In this document: piece by piece, positions 24,499-32,812 of the stretch
How the letters are laid out: each line of letters opens with the position of its first letter
How positions within the stretch are numbered: position 1 is the stretch's first letter
Assembly: GCA_963822945.1 (NCBI GenBank)
Contig: CAWGJO010000039.1
Span: 1 to 64,000, forward strand
DNA length: 64,000 bases
DNA from: an uncultured Gemmatimonadaceae bacterium
Lineage (GTDB): Bacteria; Gemmatimonadota; Gemmatimonadetes; Gemmatimonadales; Gemmatimonadaceae
Direction of reading: 5' to 3'
Notes under the pieces: model-generated
Databases searched by the model: none
What the model was told of the DNA's origin: nothing
Seen by the model: only the letters and a program-made list of their open reading frames with translations
Position numbers and translations under genes: made by a program

Positions 24499-25050
24499 TC
24501 AGCCAGTCGGGGGCAGCAGTCGCGGCGAGCCGCCGGCGCTCGTGGAGTCGGGCCTGTGCGCCCCCGTCTTCCGGCCGCCGCCGCCCTTCTTCTTGCGGGT
24601 GGTGTCGTCGGCCTTCCTGCCGGTCGTGTCGTCGGTCTTCTTGCTGGTGGTGTCGTCGGCCTTCTTGGTGGTGGTGTCGCCCGCCTTCTTCCCGCCAGCC
24701 GTCGTATCCGTGGACGGCCTGGACTCCAGCGACTTGGGCAGCGGCGCCACACCCTTGAGCGCTTGATCCCCACCGCGCGCGTCGTCGGCGTCGTGATCCG
24801 AATCCGCGTGGGCGTAGTCGTCGCCGAAGATCACCTGTCCCTTGGCCGGCCGGTTCCGGAGCGCCGAGGCGCAATCGGTGGGCGCCGGCTGGCGTCCCGG
24901 CGGCACCCCATCAAGCCAGATGCGGCACATGCCGGCCGGCGGACGGAGATTGGGGGGCACGACCTTGCTGGCCGACTTCGGCCGCTGGGCCTGGACGGTG
25001 GCAGCCACGAGCAGGCCGCACGCGATGACGAGAATTCGGGGTGACTTCAT
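24499..25050 (-). CDS. Secreted hypothetical protein with low-complexity repeats
   Basis: Signal peptide (VQA|Q), RPPAGMCRIW..GVPPG.QP..TDC motif, KKADDTT repeats. Confidence 0.75.
   Translation of the reverse strand: MKSPRILVIACGLLVAATVQAQRPKSASKVVPPNLRPPAGMCRIWLDGVPPGRQPAPTDCASALRNRPAKGQVIFGDDYAHADSDHDADDARGGDQALKGVAPLPKSLESRPSTDTTAGGKKAGDTTTKKADDTTSKKTDDTTGRKADDTTRKKKGGGGRKTGAHRPDSTSAGGSPRLLPPTG
24598..24693 (-). repeat. 4 x 24-bp imperfect tandem repeat (xKK[A/T][D/G]DTT units)
   Basis: Units start at 24598, 24622, 24646 and 24670 (ggtggtgtcgtcggccttc... on +). Confidence 0.9.
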
Positions 25051-25194
25051 GGCTGAGCGGGACCGCGATGCGAAGGGGCGTCACGCAGTCGACGACCGAT
25101 TGCGCTGGACGTCATACACGGAGCGCCCGCCGAGGTTCACAGCCGGACATGGGCCGGGCATTCCCGATGCCCAACCCGTCTCATCGTCGGTTAA

Positions 25195-26274
25195 TCAGTC
25201 GCCGAAGCTGATGCCCGTCGCCCGCCCCGTCTGGACCACATCGTGATCGAGTTCCACCCGCTTGGGCTGACGCAGCGCGTCGGCAATCGGGATCGCCACG
25301 ATATGGGGAGACTGAAGGGCCACCATGTGCCCCCACCTGGCGTTCGCCACCGCGACCACCGCGGCGCCGCCGAACCGGGTCGCCAACAGCCGATCGTAGC
25401 CGGTGGGCTGGCCGCCACGCTGCAGGTGGCCCAGCACCAGCGACCGCGTCTCCTTTCCGGTCCGCTGCTCGATGGCCCGGGCCACGGCATCGCCCACGCC
25501 GCCCAGCCGCGCCTCCGAACTCGCACCGGCGCGCTGCACCGTGTACGGCGTTCCGCCGCGCGGGAACGCGCCCTCGGCCGCCACCACGATGGAGAAGTGG
25601 CGCCCCGCCCGGTCGCGCGAGCGGATCTTCTCGCACACGCTCTCGATATCGTATGGAATCTCCGGAATGAGGATCGCGTCGGCCGTACCGGCCACACCGG
25701 CGTGCAGCGCGATGAACCCGGCGTGCCGCCCCATCACTTCAATGACCATCACGCGATCGTGGCTCTCCGCCGTGGTGTGCAGCTTGTCGATCGCCTCGAG
25801 AGCGGTGTTCACGGCGGTGTCGAATCCGAACGTGCTGATGGTGCCGCTCACGTCGTTGTCGATCGTCTTCGGCACGCCCACCACGTGCAGCCCCTTCTCG
25901 TACAGCCGCTGCGCCAGGTGCAGCGACCCGTCACCGCCGATGGAGATCAGGGCGTCGATGCCCAGTTGCCGCGCATTCTCCAGCAACTCGTCCGACCGGT
26001 CGACCTCGAGCACCGATCCATCGGGCTGCGGCACCGGCCACCGGAACGGGTTGCCGCGGTTCGTGGTGCGGAGAATGGTGCCGCCCAGGTGGGCAATGCC
26101 GCGCACCGAATCGGCGTTGAGGGCCACCACATCGTCCTCACCCAGAAGACCGAAGTAGCCGCGCTTGATGCCTACGACCTCCCAACCGCGGTGGATCGCG
26201 GCGAGGACGGCGGCCCGGATGACCGCGTTGAGCCCCGGGGCGTCGCCGCCTCCGGTGGAAATGGCGATGCGCAT
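25195..26274 (-). CDS. pfkA: 6-phosphofructokinase
   Basis: TGGGDAPGLNAVIR, GGTIL, IGGDGS, PKTIDND, FGFDTA, EVMGR.AG, LGHLQRGG. Confidence 0.95.
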   Translation of the reverse strand: MRIAISTGGGDAPGLNAVIRAAVLAAIHRGWEVVGIKRGYFGLLGEDDVVALNADSVRGIAHLGGTILRTTNRGNPFRWPVPQPDGSVLEVDRSDELLENARQLGIDALISIGGDGSLHLAQRLYEKGLHVVGVPKTIDNDVSGTISTFGFDTAVNTALEAIDKLHTTAESHDRVMVIEVMGRHAGFIALHAGVAGTADAILIPEIPYDIESVCEKIRSRDRAGRHFSIVVAAEGAFPRGGTPYTVQRAGASSEARLGGVGDAVARAIEQRTGKETRSLVLGHLQRGGQPTGYDRLLATRFGGAAVVAVANARWGHMVALQSPHIVAIPIADALRQPKRVELDHDVVQTGRATGISFGD

Positions 26275-26318
26275 CGTTCAGCTCCGCCCCAAGGACGACG
26301 GCGCGCGTTCGGCGCCGG

Positions 26319-26543
26319 CTATTCCGACGTGAGAAGTTCCTCGATCTCTCCCGGCTTCGCGTGGCGGCCCAGCTTCGATTTCTCGAACACCGGCACCCCG
26401 TCTCGCGCGACCTCGAACCGCCCCCCGCGCGAGGGAATCAGCGTGACCGTTGCCGCCGGGAATCTGGCCCGGAGCTCGGCCGCCAGACCGGCGGCCCTCG
26501 GCTCGTAGTTTCAGACCGTACAGTATTCGATCGAGATATTCAT
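26319..26543 (-). CDS. SelW/SelT/SelH (Rdx family) selenoprotein, 74 aa; UGA at 26511-26513 read as Sec
   Basis: MNISIEYCTV-U-NYEPRAAGLAAELRARFPAATVTLIPSRGGRFEVARDGVPVFEKSKLGRHAKPGEIEELLTSE*: IEYCxxU plus the GxFEV Rdx motif, with a SECIS hairpin just downstream. Confidence 0.92.
26472..26504 (-). promoter_or_regulatory. Bacterial SECIS element
   Basis: On the minus strand: UGA AAC UAC GAGC CGA G GGCCGCC GGUCU GGCGGCC GA GCUC. A 7-bp stem with a GGUCU loop starting 21 nt after UGA, plus an outer GAGC/GCUC pairing. Confidence 0.8.
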
Positions 26544-26581
26544 CGTAGGCGAATTGTAACCCGATTGGCGGGCGGGGGCAG

Positions 26582-26833
26582 CTACTGCCGCGGCGGCGGC
26601 CACGGCACGTGCGTGAGCGTGGCCAGGCGATCGATCAGCGTGTCCTGGTGCGCTACCACCGCGCGCAGCGAATCGATCTGGTCGGTCGCGTCCTGAAGAT
26701 CCTGCTGCATGTTCTGAACGGCGGTTCCCATGTCGATCACGGCCTGGGCCATATTGGCCTGGGCGCGGGGGTTCACACAGCTTCCGAGCACGAGCAGAGC
26801 CGCGGCGGGGACGACGAAGCGGAGGGGGCGCAT
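26582..26833 (-). CDS. Small coiled-coil lipoprotein
   Basis: MRPLRFVVPAAALLVLGS|C lipobox followed by a heptad helix. Confidence 0.75.
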   Translation of the reverse strand: MRPLRFVVPAAALLVLGSCVNPRAQANMAQAVIDMGTAVQNMQQDLQDATDQIDSLRAVVAHQDTLIDRLATLTHVPWPPPRQ

Positions 26834-26975
26834 GGGGGAGTCGGGCTGAGGGTTCCCCGAGAAGATGCGGGGCGGCGCGCCGGGCGTCCACGACCGGGGC
26901 CGTCGGTGCCGCGAGTCGATGGGCGGCGCGGGGGGATGGTACCGTTTTCCGCGGGCGCCTGCGCCATCGTGGATC

Positions 26976-27401
26976 ATGCTCCACCGCCGCGCCGCGACGC
27001 TCGTCGAACTCCTTCTCATGCTCGCCGTGCTGGGGACCATGCTGGCCCTCGCGCTCCCGCCGGCGGCCGCCGCCCTCGACGGTGCGGCGGTGCGCGCCGC
27101 GACCCGGGACGTCGAGACACTGTTCGCGTCGGCGCGCGAGCAGGCGCTGGCGCGCGATGCGGTGGTCTGGGTGGTGTTCGACAGCGCGAGGGCGACGGCG
27201 CGCGTCCGGATTCCGGGTTGGGGAACCCGGACCCGTGCCGTGGGGTCCATGTATGGAGTTGCGCTACGTTCGACGCGCGATTCCATGAGCTACGACGGTC
27301 GCGGTCTCGGGCGAGGAGCCGCCAATCTCACGGTGGTACTCACCCGGGGACGCGCCCGCGCCACCCTCGTGGTGTCGCGGCTCGGGCGGGTGCGGAGGTA
27401 A
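26976..27401 (+). CDS. GspH/FimT-like minor pilin or pseudopilin
   Basis: HRRA|ATLVELLLMLAVLG prepilin-like N-terminus with E at +5; AR..A helix; C-terminal VSRLGRVR. Confidence 0.8.
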   Translation: MLHRRAATLVELLLMLAVLGTMLALALPPAAAALDGAAVRAATRDVETLFASAREQALARDAVVWVVFDSARATARVRIPGWGTRTRAVGSMYGVALRSTRDSMSYDGRGLGRGAANLTVVLTRGRARATLVVSRLGRVRR

Positions 27402-27575
27402 CCCCCGGCACGGGCCGGTGCGGCACTTGTTTCGACGAGACGCCGGCACCGCCGGACGGCCAGCGGCGCTAGATTGGGCCCATTGGCGCTCCGGGTCACG
27501 AAATGGTCTCGGGCGTGATCCCCATCACGTAGGAATGTGACGCCGTACCGCCGGGGGTGAGTTATTCCTCATGAG

Positions 27576-28121
27576 ATGACCGACGACGCTGCCGACGTCC
27601 GACGTGTGCTCAGCGGTGACGTTGACGCATATGCGGCGCTGGTAGATCGGTACTACGAACAGTGCGCCCGGTATGCGGTCCGGATGCTGGGCAACCGTGA
27701 CGATGCGGAGGATGCGCTGCAGGCGACGTTCCTGCGGGCGTACCGTGCGCTGGCCAAGTACCAGGAGCGGGACAAGTTCAGTGCGTGGTTGTACCGCATC
27801 CTGGTGAACCAGTGCCGGAGCCTGGCAGCGCGCCGCAGTCAGCGCGAGCGGGTGTTCGTGCGCGAAGAAGCGCTGTTGCTGAATGCCGCGGACGACCGGG
27901 CGCCGGTCGGCTGGTCGGGCGAGGACGAAGAGTTCGTCCAACGTGTATTGAGTGAGCTGGATCCGTTGCTGCGGGAAGCCTTCCTGCTGAAGTACATCGA
28001 AGAACTGAGCTACGAGGAGATGTCCGCCCTGACGGGCGTTGGCGTTTCCGCGTTGAAGATGAGAGTGAAACGCGCATCCGATCGGCTGCGCGAGAGATGG
28101 GAGCGCATCAAGCATGACTGA
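27576..28121 (+). CDS. ECF sigma-70 factor
   Basis: DAEDALQ.TFLRAY, FSAWLYRI..N, LSYEEM...GV..SALKMRV.RA. Confidence 0.95.
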   Translation: MTDDAADVRRVLSGDVDAYAALVDRYYEQCARYAVRMLGNRDDAEDALQATFLRAYRALAKYQERDKFSAWLYRILVNQCRSLAARRSQRERVFVREEALLLNAADDRAPVGWSGEDEEFVQRVLSELDPLLREAFLLKYIEELSYEEMSALTGVGVSALKMRVKRASDRLRERWERIKHD

Positions 28122-28722
28122 GTCCGATCTGGACCCCCAGGATCCGAACATCGAGTGGATCGTCCGTGAAGCACGACGGCCGGTCGCACTGTCCGCGGGG
28201 TTGCGCACGCAAATCATGGACGCCGTCCGGGCCACGCCACTGCCGGCGCGCCCGCGCCGCGGCCTGGGATGGCTCGTGGCGCCCCGCCCCGTGGCCCTCT
28301 CCCCGCTCGCCAGCTCGCTGCTGGCCGCCGGCCTCGTCGGGATCGGAGTACTGGCCGGACTCGCCGTGACCCACGGCGACGACACCCCCGCGGCACCGGC
28401 GACTGTTGCCGCGACGCCACAGCAGGCCGCGTCGAGCGCGACGTTGGTTCACGAGTTCGTGCTCCAGGCCCCCAAGGCCGCGCACGTCTCGCTCGTGGGT
28501 GACTTCAACGGATGGAACGCCGAGGCCACGCCCATGACGCGTACGGCCGACGGGAAGTGGATGGTGAAGGTGCGCCTCCCGGCCGGCCGCCACGTCTACG
28601 CATTCGAGGTGGACGCCGCCGGCGGCACGAAGTTCATGCCCGATCCGCGCGCGCTGCGCGCTCCGGACGACGGCTTCGGACCGAGTTCCGTGGTGCTCGT
28701 CGGACAGGGCTCGTCCACATGA
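28114..28722 (+). CDS. Putative anti-sigma factor: cytoplasmic N-terminus, one TM, extracytoplasmic CBM48/AMPK-type glycogen-binding domain
   Basis: Overlaps the sigma stop; TM at about aa 65-85; APKA..VSLVGDFNGW...PM...GKW...L..GRHVYAF.VD....PDP. Confidence 0.85.
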   Translation: MTESDLDPQDPNIEWIVREARRPVALSAGLRTQIMDAVRATPLPARPRRGLGWLVAPRPVALSPLASSLLAAGLVGIGVLAGLAVTHGDDTPAAPATVAATPQQAASSATLVHEFVLQAPKAAHVSLVGDFNGWNAEATPMTRTADGKWMVKVRLPAGRHVYAFEVDAAGGTKFMPDPRALRAPDDGFGPSSVVLVGQGSST

Positions 28723-29342
28723 GCAGCCAACGAATCCGGCGCGGCATCGCGACCCTCCTGGCCCTGTCGGTGATCGCGCCGACGCTCTCGGCCCAGGGCA
28801 CCGACCCGCTGACCAAGCTGGACACCGCCAGCCGGCGGGTCGTGCAGTCGCTCATCGACTCGGCGACGGCCGAAGGCCTTCCCGCACAACCACTTGTTTC
28901 CAAGGCGCAGGAAGGCGTCAGCAAGCACGCCGCCGGCCCGCTCATCGCCCGCGTGGTGCGGACCGTGTTCCTCTCGCTTCGTGAAGCCCGGGCCGTCCTC
29001 GGCGAACAGGCGAATCGCGACGAACTCACCGCCGGAGCCGCCGCGCTCCAGGCCGGAATCCCGGCCACGGCGATCATCGACCTCCGCCAGGCCGGGCACG
29101 GCAAGTCCATCACGGTGCCGCTGGTCGTGATGGCCGACCTCGTTTCCCGGGGCGTGCCGCGCGATACCGCCTCGCGCGCCATCCTCCAGCTCTGGATGCA
29201 GGGCGCCGGGGAGGCCGACCTTATGGGCTTGTCCCAATCGGTTGGACAAGACATACTATCTGGAGCCGCACCGGCCGACGCGCTCCTCAGCCGAGCTCGC
29301 AAGGTCCCGATCCGGCTGCCGCCCGCGAAGGTCCCCGAATAG
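28719..29342 (+). CDS. Secreted helical hypothetical protein
   Basis: ATGA overlap with the upstream gene; signal peptide LSA|Q; GLP..PL..K..EG..K motif. Confidence 0.8.
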   Translation: MSSQRIRRGIATLLALSVIAPTLSAQGTDPLTKLDTASRRVVQSLIDSATAEGLPAQPLVSKAQEGVSKHAAGPLIARVVRTVFLSLREARAVLGEQANRDELTAGAAALQAGIPATAIIDLRQAGHGKSITVPLVVMADLVSRGVPRDTASRAILQLWMQGAGEADLMGLSQSVGQDILSGAAPADALLSRARKVPIRLPPAKVPE

Positions 29343-29378
29343 CGGCTCGCGCTTTCCCGAAGACCGAGCTCGTAGCAA

Positions 29379-30587
29379 ATGGTCGAGCCGAAGAAGCGAA
29401 ACTCCGCCTTACTGATTCTCCTCCTTGCCCTGCTCGTTCCGCAGGGCGAGTTGTTGGCGCAGTTCACTTCACGGTTGCAGGCGGGCGCAGTGACGAGCAC
29501 GACTCCCGGACTCGTGCCGGCCAACGCGCTCAGCCTCACGCCCGACGTACGATACGACAGCCGGCTGTTCAAGCTGGCCGCCCATGGGTCGGCGTGGATC
29601 AACGGCAATTCGTGGCAGTTCGCCGACGGTGACGCCACGGCGACCATGTCCACGCCCACCCGGCATCACCTGGCGGCGCAGCTCATCGCAACCGCCAGCC
29701 GCGCCTACTACGATCGCGTGAATCAGAACGACCAGATCGACGCCGAGGCCCGCGTCCATCTGGTCTTCTCGCAGAAGGGCGGCATGTGGCTGCAGAGCGG
29801 CGTCGCCCGTCCCTGGCGCGTGGCCGTGGTGTCATCGGTGGATGTGGCAGGCGCCGGCGCGTGGACCCAGGTGGGCGGTGCGACCATCACCGGCACGTAC
29901 ACCAACTTCTCGTTCACCAAGATCGCCAGCGCCAACGATTCCAGTGGCACGTTGCAGAGTTGCACCAGTCAGACGAGCAACAGCAACTGCCTCCGCCAAT
30001 CGCACTTCAGCGACGTACAGGGCACGGTTCACTGGGAGAAGGCCGCCGTCGAGCTCAACGCACAGACGGGCTATCGCTTCGGGAACGCCAACGACGTGAC
30101 CCCCGACTCGCGCCGCTGGGCCGCGGCGAGTGCCATCGTCTGGCTGTCGCCCGACATGGCCATGGTCGTCGGGGGCGGCCGCCAGCCGGCCAATCCCGCG
30201 CGTGGACTCCCGGCCCGCAACTACGCCAACCTCGGCGTCATGTTCGCGGCCTGGCCTTCGATGAGCGAGGGTGCCGTGCCCATCGAAGCGCGCGCCAGCG
30301 CCATCAGCCGGTTCGACATCGCCGCCGCCGGCGTCTCGCTCCAGCGCCTGCAGGTGCACATCGCGGGCGTGGAGAGCGTGGATCTGATGGGCGACTTCAC
30401 GGACTGGCAGCCGGTGAGCATGGTTCAGCGCGGCCGCGACCTGTGGGAGGTGCTCCTCCCGATCGCATCCGGCGTGCACCAGTTGGACGTGCGCGTGGAT
30501 GGCGGCAAGTGGCAGCCGCCGCCGAACACGCCCACCATGCGCGACGGATTCAACGGCGAGGTTGGCGTGCTGGTGATCCATCCGTAG
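29379..30587 (+). CDS. Exported protein: probable beta-barrel region plus C-terminal CBM48 glycogen-binding domain
   Basis: Signal peptide; alternating amphipathic beta strands; VDLMGDFTDWQPV.M...W...L...GVHQ..VRVDGG.W..P...DGF.G. Confidence 0.8.
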   Translation: MVEPKKRNSALLILLLALLVPQGELLAQFTSRLQAGAVTSTTPGLVPANALSLTPDVRYDSRLFKLAAHGSAWINGNSWQFADGDATATMSTPTRHHLAAQLIATASRAYYDRVNQNDQIDAEARVHLVFSQKGGMWLQSGVARPWRVAVVSSVDVAGAGAWTQVGGATITGTYTNFSFTKIASANDSSGTLQSCTSQTSNSNCLRQSHFSDVQGTVHWEKAAVELNAQTGYRFGNANDVTPDSRRWAAASAIVWLSPDMAMVVGGGRQPANPARGLPARNYANLGVMFAAWPSMSEGAVPIEARASAISRFDIAAAGVSLQRLQVHIAGVESVDLMGDFTDWQPVSMVQRGRDLWEVLLPIASGVHQLDVRVDGGKWQPPPNTPTMRDGFNGEVGVLVIHP

Positions 30588-30609
30588 TCATTGGTAGCGA
30601 CAACGAACG

Positions 30610-30639
30610 ACGGGCCGGCAACGCAGGTTGCCGGCCCGT
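30610..30639. terminator. Probable bidirectional terminator hairpin
   Basis: acgggccggcaac-gcag-gttgccggcccgt, a 13-bp perfect stem between convergent genes. Confidence 0.8.
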
Positions 30640-30677
30640 TTCCGTTGTTCACCCGCCGCACGCCGCGGCGGTCAGGT

Positions 30678-31859
30678 TCATCCGGCCGCGACGGTGCCGA
30701 AATCGTATCCTGGAACCGAAATCCGCGGAATCGGCTCGCCGAGGATGCGTTCGATCGTCCGGACCATCGCGATCTCGTCGGGCGCCATGAACGTGAACGC
30801 GTCGCCGGTGGCGTCGGCTCGGCCCGTGCGGCCGATGCGGTGCACGTAGTCCTCGGGCTGCTGGGGCACGTCGTAGTTGATCACGTGCGAGATGCCGTTG
30901 ATATCGAGCCCTCGCTGCGCGATGTCGGTGGCCACGAGCACCCGGATCTTGCCGTGCTTGAAATCGGCCAGGGCCTTGGTGCGCTGCGCCTGCGTCTTGT
31001 CGGCGTGCATCGCCGTGGCGGAGACACCCTCGTGCTCCAGCTGCCGCACGACGCGGTCGGATCCGTGCTTCGTGCGGCAGAACACGAGCACCGAGTCCAT
31101 GCCCTCGGCCTTGAGTAGTTCGGCAAGCAGAGCCGTCTTCCGGTCGGCCGGCACGGGATACACGGCGTGCGAGACGGTACTCGCCGCCGACGACCGGATG
31201 CCGATCTGCACGACTTCGGGCTTGCGCAGGTACTTCCGCGCCAGCGCCTCCACCTCGGGCGGCATGGTGGCGCTGAACAGCAGCGTTTGTCGGTAGGACG
31301 GAATCTGCGCGACGATGCGGTTGATCTGCGGCGCGAAGCCCATGTCGAGCATCCGGTCGGCCTCGTCGAGCACCAGCACTTCGAGGTCGTCGAAGACCAC
31401 GTTCTGGCGCTCCAGGTGATCGATCATCCGTCCCGGCGTCGCGACCACGATGTCCACACCGGCCCGCAGCGCCTTCTGCTGCGGGTCGAGTGGCACACCG
31501 CCGTACACGGGGGCCACGTCGATCTCGGAGAACTTGGCGTACTTCTGCACGCTCTCTTCCACCTGCACGCAGAGTTCGCGGGTGGGCGTGAGGATCAGGG
31601 CCCGGGTGCGCCGCGGTCCGTCACTCAATCGGTCGACAATGGGGAGCGTGAACGCGGCCGTCTTGCCGGTCCCGGTCTGTGCAAGGCCGATGATGTCGCG
31701 CCCCTTGAGGACCAGGGGGATCGCCTCGGCCTGGATCGGGGTCGGGGTCTGATAGCCGGCGGCCTCCACGGCTCGCAGCACCGGCTCGGAGAGGCCCAGC
31801 TCCGCAAACGTGAGTTCCGGCCGGGCGGGCTCCGCTTTCGTCTTCTTCCGTCTTGGCAT
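30678..31859 (-). CDS. DEAD-box RNA helicase (RhlE-like)
   Basis: Q motif PTPIQ, AQTGTGKT, PTREL, TPGR, LDEAD, SAT, HRIGRTGR. Confidence 0.95.
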   Translation of the reverse strand: MPRRKKTKAEPARPELTFAELGLSEPVLRAVEAAGYQTPTPIQAEAIPLVLKGRDIIGLAQTGTGKTAAFTLPIVDRLSDGPRRTRALILTPTRELCVQVEESVQKYAKFSEIDVAPVYGGVPLDPQQKALRAGVDIVVATPGRMIDHLERQNVVFDDLEVLVLDEADRMLDMGFAPQINRIVAQIPSYRQTLLFSATMPPEVEALARKYLRKPEVVQIGIRSSAASTVSHAVYPVPADRKTALLAELLKAEGMDSVLVFCRTKHGSDRVVRQLEHEGVSATAMHADKTQAQRTKALADFKHGKIRVLVATDIAQRGLDINGISHVINYDVPQQPEDYVHRIGRTGRADATGDAFTFMAPDEIAMVRTIERILGEPIPRISVPGYDFGTVAAG

Positions 31860-31895
31860 TGTGCGGTGAACGCTAACGTCCGCGGCGCGCGGTCG

Positions 31896-32777
31896 CTACT
31901 CGTGCATGAAGGCCAGCAGCGCCGCGTTCACCTCGTCGGGCCGCTCTTCGTTGACGGCGTGCCCGCCCTCGACGCGCACCACGCGCAGCCCGTCGATCGC
32001 CTGCGCGCCTGCTTCGCTGCCCGCGATCAGATGGTCGTGCGTGCCGAGCAGGAGGAGCATCGGCACCTGGATCCGCGCCAACTCCGCGGGCGGGAACGGA
32101 TCCCACGAGAACTCGTGGAGGCACGCTACCAGCGCTGCCGCGACGCCGGGCTGGCTGGCCGAAGACCAGTACTCGTCGACGTCGTGCTCGGTGACCCGCG
32201 ACTGATCCCAGTACGCGAGGTGCAGGAACCAGCTCACCAGCGGACGGGCCACGAGGTAGGACGCATAGTCGCGCACGGCGAGCGGGGTCACCATCTGGGC
32301 GATGGTGGTGAAGCGCACGGGCGCTAACCCCACGGGGTTCACGAGCGCCACGCGCGCCAGCCGGGGATGGCGTTCCACCGCGAGCCCGGTGGCGATCCCG
32401 CCACCCATGCTCACCCCGACCACGGTCGCTTCCCGGACGTCGAGCGCGTCGAGCAGCGCTCCCGCCGTTTCGGTCATCCCGGCCCGGGAATACCACCCCA
32501 GCGCGGCCGGCTTGTCGCTGAGCCCGTGCCCGGGCAGGTCGACGGCGATCGTGCGCCGCCCGGCATGCGCCAGGGCGGGAATCGCGCCGCGATACGAGTA
32601 TGCCGACGCCCCCCAGCCGTGGAGCAACACCACTGGCGGGCCATCCGCCGGCCCCGATTCGAGCAAGCGCATCCGCAGACCGTCGCGCACCTCGACGAAC
32701 CGCGTCGTGATGTCCGCGACGTGCGCCGGGTACATCTCGCCGACGGCAAGAGGTTCCGTCGCGGGCCTCGCGCCCAC
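31896..32777 (-). CDS. Alpha/beta hydrolase
   Basis: LLHGW, DLPGHGLS, GVSMGG nucleophile, D..I, GGHAVNEE; start uncertain. Confidence 0.9.
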   Translation of the reverse strand: MGARPATEPLAVGEMYPAHVADITTRFVEVRDGLRMRLLESGPADGPPVVLLHGWGASAYSYRGAIPALAHAGRRTIAVDLPGHGLSDKPAALGWYSRAGMTETAGALLDALDVREATVVGVSMGGGIATGLAVERHPRLARVALVNPVGLAPVRFTTIAQMVTPLAVRDYASYLVARPLVSWFLHLAYWDQSRVTEHDVDEYWSSASQPGVAAALVACLHEFSWDPFPPAELARIQVPMLLLLGTHDHLIAGSEAGAQAIDGLRVVRVEGGHAVNEERPDEVNAALLAFMHE

Positions 32778-32812
32778 GCTCCCCCCGTCCCGGCGCGTCC
32801 AGCCCACCGGGG

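Noticed and set aside
24598..24693. Possible CRISPR-like repeats
   Set aside because: Contiguous in-frame 24-bp coding repeats with no spacers; no cas genes in the window.
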